Positions 12,992 through 24,421 are shown, counted from the stretch's first letter. The stretch is 32,000 nucleotides of DNA from Dubosiella newyorkensis (GCF_001945605.1 NZ_MPKA01000052.1:1452-33451), one strand, 5' to 3'. The notes: generated by a model from the sequence alone, not told the origin. Made by a program: numbers and translations.

Positions 12992-15900
12992 TTATTCTTC
13001 AGAAAGAACTTCTAGAGATTGATTGAACAAATCTTCCGACGCTTGATCTTCCTCTACGATTGAAAGAGAATCATCCATTACCGGAAGGACTTGCTTCTCC
13101 ATAGAAGAACCCTTCGCGATTTCATCAAACGCGTCGTCATGAACCTCACGCATTCTCGAAAGACGCTTGTCACGAAGCTCCTTCGCCTTCGCTGCCACGA
13201 TCAAGTTCTGAGGACGATCGCCCTTCACTCCCGTGCCAGCCGGAATTAGCTTACCAATAATGACATTCTCTTTCAAACCAACAAGATGATCCACTTTGCC
13301 TTTGATCGTCGCGTCCGTCAATACCTTTGTCGTTTCCTGGAACGAAGCGGCCGACAAGAACGAATCCGTCTCGACAGAAGCTTTCGAAATACCAAGAAGA
13401 ACAGGCTTGAACGTCGCCGGCGTCTTCCCTTGTAATAACGCGTCGCGGTTGATCTTCGTAATGTTGTTCAAAGAAAGCTGAACACCCACATTCAAATCCG
13501 TATCGCCACTGTCGATCACGATGACCTTCTTCATCATCTGCTTGATCATAACTTCCAAGTGCTTGTCAGAAATCTCGATACCTTGCGATTGATATACTTT
13601 CTTGACTTCTTTCAAAATATAATCTTGAACCTCGCGGACACCCGCAACACTCAAAAGCTCTTTCGGATCCAAAGGACCCTCCGTGATCGCTTGACCAGCC
13701 TCGATCGTGGCGCCCACCGTGATCCAAGGACGAAGCGACTGGTTCGCATTCAATTTATGTGCCACGCTCTCGTGCTCATTCGTGATGATGACCTCTTGAC
13801 GCATCGTACCATCGATACGCTCGATCGAAGTGATCTCACCCGAAATTTGCGCGATGACCGCAACACCCTTCGGATGACGCGCCTCAAACAACTCCTCGAC
13901 ACGAGGAAGACCTTGCGTGATATCACCCGTACCAGAACCAGCCACACCACCTGTATGGAACGTACGCATCGTCAACTGCGTACCTGGCTCACCGATCGAT
14001 TGAGCCGCCATGATACCGACAGCCTCGCCGACCTCGACATCTTTACCAGTCGCCATGTTCTTGCCATAACACTTACGACAAATACCCATGCTCGACTTGC
14101 AAGTAAATGGAGAACGAATATACATACCCGTTATTCCGGCATCCACGATATCTTGCGCGATCTGATCCGTAATATATTCATCGCTCGCGATGATCAACTC
14201 ACCCGTCTCAGGATTTACGACATCCTGCTTCGAATAACGACCAACCAAACGATCCTTCAACTCTTCAATGACCGTGTTCGTCTTACGATCGATCAAAGTT
14301 TCGACCCAATATCCTTTATCCGTGCCACAATCGTCCTCTTTGATGATGACATCTTGCGCCACATCGACTAGACGACGCGTCAAGTAACCAGACTCAGCCG
14401 TCTTCAGCGCCGTATCCGTCAAACCTTTACGCACACCATGCGTAGAAATAAAGAATTCCGACACATTCAGACCTTCACGGAAACAAGAATAAATAGGGAC
14501 CTCGATGATCGAAGGAACAAACTCCCCATAACGCGACTTACCATGCCCAGGACGAGCCATCAAACCACGCATACCCGCAAGCTGCGTAAAGTTCTGCTTG
14601 TTACCACGAGCACCCGACTCCGACATCATGAAGATTGGATTCTTACGAGGCATGTTCGCCATCAATTCATCCGCGATACCATCCTTGACATTATCCCACA
14701 TCTTATTCAGACGCGACTCCCATTCAGGCAACGTCAACAAACCTTTTTGCTGCATCTTCTTCAGAGCTTCCGCCTTCTTACGACCTTCATCGACGTGCAT
14801 CTCCTTATTTGGAGCGACCTCGATATCCGAAAGCGCAACCGTAATTCCAGCCGTCGTCGAATACTTAAATCCCAAAGACTTGATCTGGTCAAGGGTTTCA
14901 GCCGTTTCATCCACAGAATACCGTTTGAACACTTCCGCGATGATACTACCAAGATCTTTCTTCTTGAAAGCAGGCGTGATCGGAAGCTCTTCAATAAACT
15001 TTTTGATATTTTGACCCGGCTTGATGAAATATTTATCCGGTGTATGCTTGAAGTTTTCGCTGCTCACCTCATTCAAATACGGAAAATCCGCTGGGAACAT
15101 TCCATTGAAAATGATCTTACCAACCGTCGTCGCTAAATAATCATTCGCGTGTTCATCCCCAAATGAAGTCTTTTTGAATCCTTTTACAGGCACAGCGATC
15201 CGAGAATGCAAGTGCACTTGCCCAATTTGATAAGCCAACTTGACCTCTTCCTCATTGGCATACACGTTTCCTTCGTTTTCTGCGAACTTCTTCCAGTTTG
15301 CAGCCTCCAAAGGATTGTTCGTGCTCTCATAGCGCTTCGACTCTTCCAAAAGCTCTTCCTTCGTCTCTTCCATCGTCAAATAGAAGTTTCCCATGACCAT
15401 GTCCTGCCCAGGCGTAACGATAGGTTTTCCATCTTTTGGACCCAAGATATTGTGCGAACCCAGCATCATGATCAACGCTTCCGCTCGAGCCTCTTCTCCA
15501 AGAGGAACGTGGATCGCCATCTGATCACCATCAAAATCCGCATTGAACGCTGTACATACAAGCGGATGCAAACGCATCGCTCTACCCTCGACAAGCTTAG
15601 GCAAGAACGCTTGAATACCCAATCTATGCAATGTAGGCGCACGGTTCATCAATACAGGATAGCCTTCAATGACCTTTTCTACCACATCCCAGATCCGAGG
15701 ATCTCTTCGCTCGATGAGCTTTTCCGCATTCTTAGGATTGGCCGCCAACCCTTGATTCACGATCTCGTTGATGATGAACGGATTGAATAAGTTGATCGCC
15801 ATCTCACGCGGAATACCGCACTGATACATCTTCAGATCCGGTCCGACCGCAATAACGGAACGACCCGAAAAATCGACACGCTTCCCCAACAAATTCTGAC

Positions 15901-16882
15901 GGAAACGACCTTGCTTTCCTTTCAAAGAGTGAGAAAGCGATTTTAGCGCGCGTCCGCCCGCGCCCGTGATCGGCTTAGAACGACGTCCATTGTCGATCAA
16001 AGCATCCACAGCCTCCTGAAGCATACGCTTCTCGTTTTGAACGATAATATTCGGCGTACCCAACTCCAAAAGCTTATGAAGACGATTGTTTCGAGTAATG
16101 ACACGACGATACAGATCATTCAGATCGCTCGTCGCAAAACGGCCTCCATCCAATTGAAGCATAGGACGAAGATCAGGTGGTATTACTGGAATATTCGTCA
16201 AGATCATCCATTCCGGCTTATTATCCGAATGACGGAACGCATTGATCGTATCCAAACGCTTGATGAGCTTTTTGCGCTTTTCTCCTTGCGCTTTCTCAAG
16301 AGCCGACTGCACTTCCTCGTACTCTTTTTCAAGATCTACATCTTTGAGTAGACGAAGGACCGCTTCCGCGCCCGTTTGCGCCGTAAAGCCATTTGGACCA
16401 AATTTCGCCAAGTTTTCCCGATATTCACGCTCCGAAAGGATCTGCTTGTAAGCAAGATCCGAATCCTTCGGATCTGTGACGATATAGCTGACAAAGTATA
16501 CGACTTCTTCCAGCTGTTTTGGAGTGACATCTAAAAGAAGAGCCATCCGGCTAGGAATACCGCGCAAATACCAAATATGAGCGACAGGCGCTGCCAAATG
16601 GATATGACCCATTCTTTCGCGCCGTACGCTCGATTTTGTGATCTCTACACCACAACGATCACAAACGACACCTTTAAAACGAACTTTCTTGTACTTTCCG
16701 CAAGCACATTCCCAGTCTTTTGTCGGTCCAAAGATCCGCTCGCAGAACAAACCGTCTTTTTCCGCTTTCTGAGAACGATAGTTGATCGTTTCAGGCTTCG
16801 TCACTTCTCCATGTGACCATTTCAAAATCGTTTCAGGACTCGCAAGCTGGACCTGAATTGAGGCAAAGTTATTGATACTCAT
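12992..16882 (-). CDS. rpoC: DNA-directed RNA polymerase subunit beta'
   Basis: N-terminus ..[37 protein letters not shown] (zinc-binding motif). Catalytic NADFDGDQM motif. 1296 aa. It starts 7 nt after the rpoB stop. Confidence 0.98.
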   Translation of the reverse strand: MSINNFASIQVQLASPETILKWSHGEVTKPETINYRSQKAEKDGLFCERIFGPTKDWECACGKYKKVRFKGVVCDRCGVEITKSSVRRERMGHIHLAAPVAHIWYLRGIPSRMALLLDVTPKQLEEVVYFVSYIVTDPKDSDLAYKQILSEREYRENLAKFGPNGFTAQTGAEAVLRLLKDVDLEKEYEEVQSALEKAQGEKRKKLIKRLDTINAFRHSDNKPEWMILTNIPVIPPDLRPMLQLDGGRFATSDLNDLYRRVITRNNRLHKLLELGTPNIIVQNEKRMLQEAVDALIDNGRRSKPITGAGGRALKSLSHSLKGKQGRFRQNLLGKRVDFSGRSVIAVGPDLKMYQCGIPREMAINLFNPFIINEIVNQGLAANPKNAEKLIERRDPRIWDVVEKVIEGYPVLMNRAPTLHRLGIQAFLPKLVEGRAMRLHPLVCTAFNADFDGDQMAIHVPLGEEARAEALIMMLGSHNILGPKDGKPIVTPGQDMVMGNFYLTMEETKEELLEESKRYESTNNPLEAANWKKFAENEGNVYANEEEVKLAYQIGQVHLHSRIAVPVKGFKKTSFGDEHANDYLATTVGKIIFNGMFPADFPYLNEVSSENFKHTPDKYFIKPGQNIKKFIEELPITPAFKKKDLGSIIAEVFKRYSVDETAETLDQIKSLGFKYSTTAGITVALSDIEVAPNKEMHVDEGRKKAEALKKMQQKGLLTLPEWESRLNKMWDNVKDGIADELMANMPRKNPIFMMSESGARGNKQNFTQLAGMRGLMARPGHGKSRYGEFVPSIIEVPIYSCFREGLNVSEFFISTHGVRKGLTDTALKTAESGYLTRRLVDVAQDVIIKEDDCGTDKGYWVETLIDRKTNTVIEELKDRLVGRYSKQDVVNPETGELIIASDEYITDQIAQDIVDAGITGMYIRSPFTCKSSMGICRKCYGKNMATGKDVEVGEAVGIMAAQSIGEPGTQLTMRTFHTGGVAGSGTGDITQGLPRVEELFEARHPKGVAVIAQISGEITSIERIDGTMRQEVIITNEHESVAHKLNANQSLRPWITVGATIEAGQAITEGPLDPKELLSVAGVREVQDYILKEVKKVYQSQGIEISDKHLEVMIKQMMKKVIVIDSGDTDLNVGVQLSLNNITKINRDALLQGKTPATFKPVLLGISKASVETDSFLSAASFQETTKVLTDATIKGKVDHLVGLKENVIIGKLIPAGTGVKGDRPQNLIVAAKAKELRDKRLSRMREVHDDAFDEIAKGSSMEKQVLPVMDDSLSIVEEDQASEDLFNQSLEVLSEE

Positions 16883-16889
16883 CTAGTGT

Positions 16890-19800
16890 TTAAGCCTCCT
16901 CTTCTACTGTTTCTGTTGCATCTATTTCTTCATCGACAGGATCGTCTTGAATGATCTGACCGTCGACTATATCTTCTTCTTCAATATGATCTTCTTTCGG
17001 CTCGATATCATTTTCAAGTCGCTCGTTTGCTGGCGCCTCGAACACCTCGTGCTCATGGCTGATATGCTCATCCTCTTCATTGGTGATGTCGACCTCGTTG
17101 CCATTCTCATCAAGAAGACGCACATCGATCGCAAGCCCTTGAAGCTCATGCATCAACACGCGGAACGATTCAGGAATCCCTGGCTCAGGAATATCCTTTC
17201 CTTTAATGATCGCTTCATACGTTTTGATACGACCCTGGATATCATCCGACTTGATCGTCAAGATCTCCTGCAAAGTATGGCTGGCGCCATAAGCTTCCAA
17301 AGCCCAGACCTCCATCTCACCAAATCTTTGACCACCATTTTGCGCTTTACCACCAAGAGGCTGTTGGGTAACAAGCGAATATGGTCCCGTCGCGCGCGCG
17401 TGCAGCTTATCGTCAACCATGTGCGCCAGCTTGATCATATACATGACACCAACGCTGATCCGCTCATCGAAAGGAAGACCCGTCTGACCATCACGAAGCA
17501 CTTGTTTACCATCCTTCGTCATTTTCGCTTCTTCCATGATCGCGGCCAGCTCTTCATTGGAGACACCATCGAATACTGGAGTCGCGAACTTTTGATCAAG
17601 CTTCTTCGCCGCATAACCAAGATGGATCTCTAAGATTTGTCCGATATTCATACGCGAAGGCACGCCAAATGGATTCAAGATGATATCGATCGCCGTTCCA
17701 TCCTGCATGAATGGCATATCTTCCACAGGAAGGATCTTCGAAATGACACCTTTATTTCCGTGACGACCAGACATCTTGTCACCCTCGGAAATCTTACGCT
17801 TTTGAACGATATACACTTTGATCCGCTCATTGACTCCAGGAGGAAGGTCAGCCCCTTCTCCGCGTTTGAATTTACGGATCGAATGCACGATTCCAGCACC
17901 ACCATGCGGAACCTTCAAAGAATTATCGCGGACTTCACGCGACTTCTCGCCAAAGATCGCCAACAAGAGCTTTTCTTCTGGAGAAACTTCCGATTGTCCT
18001 TTTGGCGTTACTTTACCTACGAGAATATCGCCTTCTTTTACTTCCGCGCCGACCATGATGATACCATCTTTGTCCAACTTGCGAACCGCGTTTTCTCCAA
18101 CGTTAGGAATGTCGCGCGTGATCTCTTCTGGACCAAGCTTCGTATCCCGGCAGTCGATATCATATTCTTCGATATGAATCGAAGTATATACATCATCCGA
18201 AACCATGCGCTCTGACATGATGATGGCATCCTCATAGTTATATCCATACCAAGTCATGTAAGCGATCGTCACGTTTTGACCAAGCGCGAGCTCGCCATTT
18301 TCCATACTTGGACCATCCGCCAAAATGTCTCCCACTTTGACTTCTTCGCCCAGTTTAACGATCGGTTTTTGGTTGATCGATGTCGAAGCGTTGCTTCGAG
18401 CGAACTTACGAAGCTGATATGTATGCGCTTCGCCTTCCTTATCTGTCACGACGATCCGCAACGAATCCACATACGAGATTACCCCGTCTTGCTTCGAAAC
18501 GATACCAACACCAGAATCTTTCGCGATCTTATATTCGATTCCCGTTCCAACATATGGAGAATGTGGCGTCAACAAAGGTACCGCTTGACGCTGCATGTTG
18601 GCACCCATCAAGGCACGAGAAGCATCATCGTTTTCAAGGAAAGGGACACACGCCGTGGCCACAGAGACGATCTGCTTTGGAGAGACGTCCGCCAATTCGA
18701 CATCTTCGCGATTCGCGATGATCGTATCGCCATTTTTACGGGCGACCACGCGTTCATTGATCAAACGTCCATCCCGGACCTCGTTGGCCTGGGCGATGAC
18801 ATAATCCGCCTCTTCATCCGCAGAAAGATAGATCGCCTTTTCCTGAACCGTGCCATCTTTGTTTACGATCCGATATGGCGTTTGGATAAAGCCATACTCA
18901 TTGATCTTGGCATAAGTCGTCAAGTTGGAGATCAGCCCGATGTTCGGTCCTTCTGGCGTCTCGATCGGACAAATACGGCCATAGTGCGAAGAGTGAACGT
19001 CACGCACCTCGAATCCGGCACGTTCCCTAGAAAGTCCACCAGGCCCCAATGCCGAAATACGACGCTTATTGGTCAACTCGGCCAATGGGTTTTGCTGGTC
19101 CATGAATTGAGAAAGCTGCGAAGAAGAGAAGAACTCTTTGATCGCCGCTGTCAACGGTCGAATGTTCGTCAATTTTCTTGGCGTTAGATTATCGAGTTCT
19201 TGGATCGACATTCTTTCTTTGACGACCCGCTCCATCCGGCTAAGACCGATCCTAAACTGGTTTTGGATCAATTCGCCCACCGAACGGATCCGACGATTGC
19301 CAAGCATATCGATATCGTCTGTTTCGCCAATTCCATCCATGACATTCAAGTCATAGCCAAAGAATGCATAAATATCGGCGATCGTAACAGTATGCCGGTT
19401 AGCGAATGGATCATTGCCGACGATCTTGACGATCTGCTCATCTTTATCGACGACCTTGACTTCTTGACAAGCCGCGCCAATGAGCCAAACATTCACTTCT
19501 TGTTCGCCAAGCTTTTGGTGAAGAGCGAGCTGGTTCGCGTCGTCGATGCGATCTGGACTTACCCCCACTTGATAGCGAGGAACGATCAATTCCATTTCAT
19601 GATCGATCACATCTTGTCCATCCGCGTTCGTGATCCGACCCATCGCGAACAAACGCTGTCCATAGTTCATCACCGCATTGAAGTTTTCTTCGTTGAGCGT
19701 AACTGGCTTAGCGACGATACCCGCATAGATCTTGACTTTTTCCACATGCTCTTTGAGCTTGTCGACATCTTGCTGGGTCAAGACAGTGCCTTCTTCGAAC

Positions 19801-21065
19801 AATGTTCCGAACACATCGACATCTTTGGCAAGGACACGACCTACAAGACCTGCATTATAGCTTGTCGGGATCGTCACGATATCCTTTTCATGGAACTCGG
19901 AACGGAAAGGATAAGGAACCATATATCCTCCTTTCGAGAGGATCTCCTTCAATTGGTTTCTCTCGTCCCGATGGATATGAAGGCCTTGCTCCATCACCAC
20001 ATTGCCATCAATATCCACGATATCCGTAGCCAACGTGTTGTTCATCATTCGAGCATACGCGTTGAGTTTTTTCTGCAGCTTATAACGTCCAGCCTTCGTG
20101 AGATCATAACGGCGATGATCGAAAAACTTCGCTTGCATCAAAGTGATCGAACCATCAAGCGTTGGGATCTCGTCGCTTCTTTGGTTTTCATAAAAAGAAA
20201 GAAGCGCTTCTTCTGTCGTTTTGACTTTATCGTTCAACAACGTGTTTTCAATTTCTTCGTATTTTCCAAAGAACGCGTTATACAACATCAAATACAAGTT
20301 CATGTATTCTCTGTTTTCCTCGTCTTCCGGCACATCTTGAAGCTGCCGGCCTAAAGCGTGAAGGAATGTTTCAAGATCTTTCGTATCGAAAGCATCCTCG
20401 TTCTTTTCCAAGCCAAAAGACATTCCTAAAGCTTTGAAGAAGATCGAGAAAAGGATCTTACGGCGGCGGTCGATCGAAACATTGATCGTTCTTCCGCTCA
20501 TCGTTTTCTTTTGTTCAGTCATGAACTCAAGCCAAGTACCACGGCTTGGGATCAATTCACAGTTATAGTTCTGCTTTCCTGTTTTTTCGTCATACGCTTC
20601 CGAAAAGTAAGCTCCAGGAGAACGAACGATCTGAGAAACGATAACACGCTCCGCACCATTGATGATAAAAGTACCGGTGTCTGTCATCAAAGGGAAGTCG
20701 CCTAAGTAAACTTCTTCGCTTTTTGTACGCACTTCTCCGGTATCCGGATCCGTGATCTCTAATTCCATTTCCGCATAGAGCGGAGCTGCATAGTTGCATT
20801 CTCTATACATTGATTCTTCGGCATTGTATTTCGGCTCGTCGAAATAAAAACGCACGAAGTTTAATTTAATATTCTTACCGTAGTTTTCAATAGGATATAT
20901 TTCTTCAAATACTTCCTGGATTCCATGTTTTGTGAACCATTCGAACGAATCTGTCTGGATCTCGACAAGATTCGGTAATTCGAGGTTTCCACTTACTTTT
21001 GAGTAGTCTCGCCTGGAGGATTTGTTTCCGCAAGAAACTGTGCGATACGCTTTGTTGCTGTCCAT
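16890..21065 (-). CDS. rpoB: DNA-directed RNA polymerase subunit beta (expanded, about 1391 aa)
   Basis: Conserved blocks include [56 protein letters not shown] and [18 protein letters not shown]. The ORF track starts at ATG 21074, but that ATG directly abuts the SD (AAAGG-ATG). The in-frame ATG at 21065 has a 9-nt spacing, so it is preferred. Confidence 0.97.
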   Translation of the reverse strand: MDSNKAYRTVSCGNKSSRRDYSKVSGNLELPNLVEIQTDSFEWFTKHGIQEVFEEIYPIENYGKNIKLNFVRFYFDEPKYNAEESMYRECNYAAPLYAEMELEITDPDTGEVRTKSEEVYLGDFPLMTDTGTFIINGAERVIVSQIVRSPGAYFSEAYDEKTGKQNYNCELIPSRGTWLEFMTEQKKTMSGRTINVSIDRRRKILFSIFFKALGMSFGLEKNEDAFDTKDLETFLHALGRQLQDVPEDEENREYMNLYLMLYNAFFGKYEEIENTLLNDKVKTTEEALLSFYENQRSDEIPTLDGSITLMQAKFFDHRRYDLTKAGRYKLQKKLNAYARMMNNTLATDIVDIDGNVVMEQGLHIHRDERNQLKEILSKGGYMVPYPFRSEFHEKDIVTIPTSYNAGLVGRVLAKDVDVFGTLFEEGTVLTQQDVDKLKEHVEKVKIYAGIVAKPVTLNEENFNAVMNYGQRLFAMGRITNADGQDVIDHEMELIVPRYQVGVSPDRIDDANQLALHQKLGEQEVNVWLIGAACQEVKVVDKDEQIVKIVGNDPFANRHTVTIADIYAFFGYDLNVMDGIGETDDIDMLGNRRIRSVGELIQNQFRIGLSRMERVVKERMSIQELDNLTPRKLTNIRPLTAAIKEFFSSSQLSQFMDQQNPLAELTNKRRISALGPGGLSRERAGFEVRDVHSSHYGRICPIETPEGPNIGLISNLTTYAKINEYGFIQTPYRIVNKDGTVQEKAIYLSADEEADYVIAQANEVRDGRLINERVVARKNGDTIIANREDVELADVSPKQIVSVATACVPFLENDDASRALMGANMQRQAVPLLTPHSPYVGTGIEYKIAKDSGVGIVSKQDGVISYVDSLRIVVTDKEGEAHTYQLRKFARSNASTSINQKPIVKLGEEVKVGDILADGPSMENGELALGQNVTIAYMTWYGYNYEDAIIMSERMVSDDVYTSIHIEEYDIDCRDTKLGPEEITRDIPNVGENAVRKLDKDGIIMVGAEVKEGDILVGKVTPKGQSEVSPEEKLLLAIFGEKSREVRDNSLKVPHGGAGIVHSIRKFKRGEGADLPPGVNERIKVYIVQKRKISEGDKMSGRHGNKGVISKILPVEDMPFMQDGTAIDIILNPFGVPSRMNIGQILEIHLGYAAKKLDQKFATPVFDGVSNEELAAIMEEAKMTKDGKQVLRDGQTGLPFDERISVGVMYMIKLAHMVDDKLHARATGPYSLVTQQPLGGKAQNGGQRFGEMEVWALEAYGASHTLQEILTIKSDDIQGRIKTYEAIIKGKDIPEPGIPESFRVLMHELQGLAIDVRLLDENGNEVDITNEEDEHISHEHEVFEAPANERLENDIEPKEDHIEEEDIVDGQIIQDDPVDEEIDATETVEEEA

Positions 21066-21132
21066 GAACGCCATCCTTTCGTGTGGTCTGCCTTCCTAGT
21101 CACTAAGAATACAGACTATTTTGCAATTTATT

Positions 21133-21161
21133 ATATTATCAATGAGATTCAAGTCTGTCAA
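21133..21161 (-). promoter_or_regulatory. Sigma-A promoter for rpoBC
   Basis: On the minus strand: TTGACA (21161-21156), a 17-nt spacer and TAATAT (21138-21133). It lies about 60 nt upstream of the rpoB start. Confidence 0.6.
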
Positions 21162-21207
21162 CTCTGATTATTGATTTTTTTGAATGAATCGAGTATACTA
21201 TCTCTTT

Positions 21208-21354
21208 TTAAAATGGATTCGCGATCGCGAGCATCAACATCAAGAACGAAAGACATAAAAACAGCACAGTAAGCTTCGTGTTTTTCATCGTGATGAAGTA
21301 TAAGCTGACGATCGAAAATAAAATACATAATATAAAGAACAATAGAATTACCAT
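21208..21354 (-). CDS. Possible 48-aa two-TM hydrophobic peptide (below the ORF-track length cutoff)
   Basis: My translation is MVILLFFILCILFSIVSLYFITMKNTKLTVLFLCLSFLMLMLAIANPF*. The ATG lies 7 nt after the stop of the GTPase-NYN gene. No recognisable SD is present. Confidence 0.2.
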   Translation of the reverse strand: MVILLFFILCILFSIVSLYFITMKNTKLTVLFLCLSFLMLMLAIANPF

Positions 21355-21361
21355 AATGATC

Positions 21362-23839
21362 TTATTTAAGATGAGAGAGCGCGATCGCGTTGACTCCCAT
21401 CACTTTCCCTTCTAATTCTCTTGCGGAGATCCGATTGGCGCCACTTGCCAAGATCGAATTCTGGATCAGCCCATCCGAAGTCGCCACACTGATCGAATAA
21501 TGACTCTTTAGATCATGGACTAGACGTTCAATATAAGAATCCGCATTTTCTCCATATCTCGTATAGATGATCTTCGTTTTATGACGCGTTTCGTTGCGTC
21601 CCTCCCCTTGTTTGCGACGATACGCATCAAAGACAAGATAGACATCGATATCCTTATATCCTTGATAATTGACGATTTGGTCGATCAAACGCTCCCTAGC
21701 GGCGTTATAATCCGCTTTAGCAAGATCTTTCAGCGAATTCCAGCTATAGATCATATTATAGCCATCGATCACGAGAAGCTCTGGCTTTTTAGGCTGGATC
21801 TTGATTTCTTCATGATCCAGTTCTTGCTTGACTTTTGGTTTTTTCGCCTTTGGTTTCTCTTTCTTTTTTGAAAGCGTTCTTTCAAATGCGCGCTTCGCTT
21901 CCTCATCCGATACGTGATAACGCACTCTTTCATAAGAATGGCTCGACTCTGTATCGAGAGGATGAAGATGCATTTTTTCTTCGACCTCGTCGTAAGGAAC
22001 ATAATACCCGGCCCCTTGTTTGCAGAAAATCGAGCCAGTCGGATGCTTGAGATCCGCCTCAGGATCGTATTGGATCGTTTTCACGATCGATTCTGTATCT
22101 TGGCTTGGCGCATAAACGCTCTTGATGAACGCGATCTTTCCTCTTCCTTTGCTCAGGGCGGAAAGCTCCGATTGAAAGTTCATCAACAAACGAATGGCGC
22201 CGCTCCCTTGGATCGTGCTCATATCTTCTTCTGTCTCTAAGATCTCGAAGCTCGCATTTCTTTGTTCCAATTCATAGAGCACCTTAGAAAGGCTTTGAGA
22301 TGGAACCTCGATCTTAAATGTGTAATAAGGTTCTAATAAGATCGATTTCCCTTTGCGCAAAGCTTGACGCACGGCGCGATGGGCGGCTTGACGAAAGTCG
22401 GCAGCCGACGTATGTTTCAAATTCCCTTGTCCTGCGATCAATGTGATCTGCACGTCCGTTAATTCCGATCCCGTCAACACCCCATATTGTCTTTGGTTCA
22501 AAGCGTTCATGATTTGTTGTTGCCAGCCTAAAGACAACGATTCGATGCGGTTTCCATTGCAGACAACGACGCCTGATCCTGCTGGCAAAGGATCAAGGAG
22601 AACATGCACTTCCGCATAATGACGGAGAGGTTCAAAATGTCCCACTCCATATTCTTGTTTCCCGATCGTCTCTTTATAAACGACGCTTCCTTGCGAAAAA
22701 CCGATCAAGATGCCTGTTTTTTCTAAGATCATCTTTTGCAGGACCTCTTTTTGAACATCGCCCCGCAATCGGAGGGTGATCTTTTTGCTCCTTTCATGAT
22801 AGTCAAGCTGCAAGCTCGGATCTTCTTTTGCTAATTGCTGGCAATAAGGCCAGAGCTGCAAAGCATCGACTTCTTCAGGTAATAGCAGCTCATACGTCAA
22901 AAAGGAGGCCAGCAGACGTTCTTGTTGGGCTGTTTCATAACCGAGGCCATCTCCGACTTTCCAATCGGTATCGGCTTTGAGGGCGACAATATCTCCCGCA
23001 TTCGCTTCTTGTAGAAGCGTATACTTTTGTCCATTGAAGCTGCGGATCTGATCGATCTTGATTTCATTGACGATCTCTTTGGCTTTCAGCGTTCCGCCCG
23101 TGATCTTGGCTAGAGCGCTTCCATCTTCTTGGATCTTGAAAATACGGGCTCCAAATTCTTGGGAAAATTCTTTTTGCCCAACGAGGGCGCAAAGAGAGTC
23201 GAGCAGCGGATCGACGCCTTCATTTTTCAGGGCGCTCCCAAAAAAGGTCGGAAAAAAGCGTCGAGTCAAAAAGAGTCTTTGAATCGTTTCCGAGGACAAA
23301 GAGCCTTGTTGGAGGTATTCTTCGAGCGCTTTGTCCTCGCACATCGCGATCATTTCTTCCCGATCCTTGTCGGCTTGATCGATACTGTTGGGATCGAGCT
23401 TGCTTACGACTTCCTCTAAGATCTCTTCTTTGTTTCGATAAGCGATATCCATCTTATTGACGAAGATCAATGTGGGGATCTCATATTCTTTCAAGCATTT
23501 CCAGATCGTTTCCGTATGCGATTGGATACCGTCCTGGGCGCTGATCAAAACGATGGCGACATCAAGCACGCTAAGGACTTGTTCCATTGAGGCTGAAAAA
23601 TCGACATGTCCTGGTGTATCGATCACGAAGATTTCATGATCTTTCCACTTGAATTTGGCTTGTTTCGCAAAGATCGTGATCCCTCTTTCCCTTTCTTGTG
23701 GATCATAGTCGAGGAAAGCGTCTTGATGGTCGACTCTTCCTTGTTTTTTGATTTGATGGCTTTCGTAGAGCATGCTTTCGATCAGTGTCGTTTTGCCTGC
23801 ATCGACATGGGCCAATATTCCTAGTGTAATCTTTTCCAT
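21362..23839 (-). CDS. Fusion protein of a TetM/EF-G-like translational GTPase (ribosomal-protection-protein paralogue) and a C-terminal Rae1/YacP-type NYN endoribonuclease domain, 825 aa
   Basis: GTPase motifs are G1 AHVDAGKTT, G3 DTPGH and G4 NKMD, with strong N-terminal similarity to Tet(M) as recalled (..GVLAHVDAGKTTLTESLLY..ERQRGITI..IDTPGH). An EFG_C-like segment reads LEPYYTFKIEVP. A Lys-rich linker reads KKKEKPKAKKPKVKQ. The last roughly 139 aa (21365-21781) read LLVIDGYNMIY..YLVFDAY..ENADSYIE..VATSDG..ISARELE, which aligns with B. subtilis YacP/Rae1 (LLVDGYNMIGAW..VVFDAH..ETADERIE..VATSDY..SARELL). The reading frame is uninterrupted. Confidence 0.85.
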   Translation of the reverse strand: MEKITLGILAHVDAGKTTLIESMLYESHQIKKQGRVDHQDAFLDYDPQERERGITIFAKQAKFKWKDHEIFVIDTPGHVDFSASMEQVLSVLDVAIVLISAQDGIQSHTETIWKCLKEYEIPTLIFVNKMDIAYRNKEEILEEVVSKLDPNSIDQADKDREEMIAMCEDKALEEYLQQGSLSSETIQRLFLTRRFFPTFFGSALKNEGVDPLLDSLCALVGQKEFSQEFGARIFKIQEDGSALAKITGGTLKAKEIVNEIKIDQIRSFNGQKYTLLQEANAGDIVALKADTDWKVGDGLGYETAQQERLLASFLTYELLLPEEVDALQLWPYCQQLAKEDPSLQLDYHERSKKITLRLRGDVQKEVLQKMILEKTGILIGFSQGSVVYKETIGKQEYGVGHFEPLRHYAEVHVLLDPLPAGSGVVVCNGNRIESLSLGWQQQIMNALNQRQYGVLTGSELTDVQITLIAGQGNLKHTSAADFRQAAHRAVRQALRKGKSILLEPYYTFKIEVPSQSLSKVLYELEQRNASFEILETEEDMSTIQGSGAIRLLMNFQSELSALSKGRGKIAFIKSVYAPSQDTESIVKTIQYDPEADLKHPTGSIFCKQGAGYYVPYDEVEEKMHLHPLDTESSHSYERVRYHVSDEEAKRAFERTLSKKKEKPKAKKPKVKQELDHEEIKIQPKKPELLVIDGYNMIYSWNSLKDLAKADYNAARERLIDQIVNYQGYKDIDVYLVFDAYRRKQGEGRNETRHKTKIIYTRYGENADSYIERLVHDLKSHYSISVATSDGLIQNSILASGANRISARELEGKVMGVNAIALSHLK

Positions 23840-23861
23840 TTCTTTACCTTACCATAGATAT

Positions 23862-23892
23862 AAAAAAACAGAAGCGGAGAATCACGCTTCTG
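23862..23892 (-). terminator. Rho-independent terminator of the DUF3783-like gene, overlapping its stop codon
   Basis: Minus-strand stem CAGAAGCG / CGCTTCTG (23885-23892 and 23869-23876) followed by TTTTTTT (plus-strand A7 at 23862-23868). Confidence 0.65.
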
Positions 23893-24421
23893 GATAATGT
23901 TCAATTAACGCGATGGCGGTATCCAGCATTTTTTCAGGTACGTCGTTTTCTTCTAAGAGTTCATAACACATACTCATAAGATTGCGATACTTAGGATCTT
24001 GGGAAACTTTCACTAGATCCGGATTGGATACGAGAGAACGAAGCTTCTCGCGTTTTTGAAAATAAGAGGCTTCCGCTTCAATGTGGGAAATGAGTTCCTG
24101 CAAAGTCCATTCCAGATTGGTAGGCGTTGTTACAGCTTTGTGACGCACAAAGATGCCTTCTTCTTTTAAAGCGTTGTCGATCTTGGTGATCGTGTCGACT
24201 TTTTCATCGTAGAAATACATGAAAATTTGCGAATTTCCTTCTAAATCGAGCGCGTGTTCTTCTTTTTGAACGAGATCTTTGAGCTTTTTGCTCAAATCGT
24301 TTTGTCCTAGTTCAATATAGTTGACATGCATCCGATCAAGAACGGTGTTGATCTTTTCTTTTAACGCTGTATCTTTTCCATAATATATAAGTACCATTTG
24401 CTCGGTTCCTTTCTTTGACAT
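23882..24421 (-). CDS. Hypothetical protein, DUF3783-like
   Basis: The pattern MVLIYYG... and HKAVTTPTNLEWTLQELISHIEAE matches my recollection of the DUF3783 signature (KAV.TP.N..WT...L..E). The in-frame ATG at 24397 is an alternative start, and it would clear the divergent promoter at 24415-24443. Confidence 0.6.
   Translation of the reverse strand: MSKKGTEQMVLIYYGKDTALKEKINTVLDRMHVNYIELGQNDLSKKLKDLVQKEEHALDLEGNSQIFMYFYDEKVDTITKIDNALKEEGIFVRHKAVTTPTNLEWTLQELISHIEAEASYFQKREKLRSLVSNPDLVKVSQDPKYRNLMSMCYELLEENDVPEKMLDTAIALIEHYPEA

Noticed and set aside
13559-20354. Long plus-strand ORFs, up to 384 aa. Examples are 13559-14371, 14438-15136, 15206-15790, 16947-17633, 17637-18215, 18276-19187 and 19200-20354.
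   Set aside because: All are antisense to rpoC or rpoB, whose identity is unambiguous. Their translations are R/D/I/L/H-rich low-complexity strings with no recognisable motifs or SD sequences. These are typical shadow ORFs produced by the codon bias of the real genes.
21362-23839. Reading the TetM-like gene as an acquired tetracycline-resistance determinant on a Tn916-type element
   Set aside because: No integrase, excisionase, conjugation genes or leader peptide/attenuator flank it. Its codon usage is host-like, and it sits among housekeeping genes. Chromosomal RPP paralogues are common. Resistance cannot be inferred from sequence alone.
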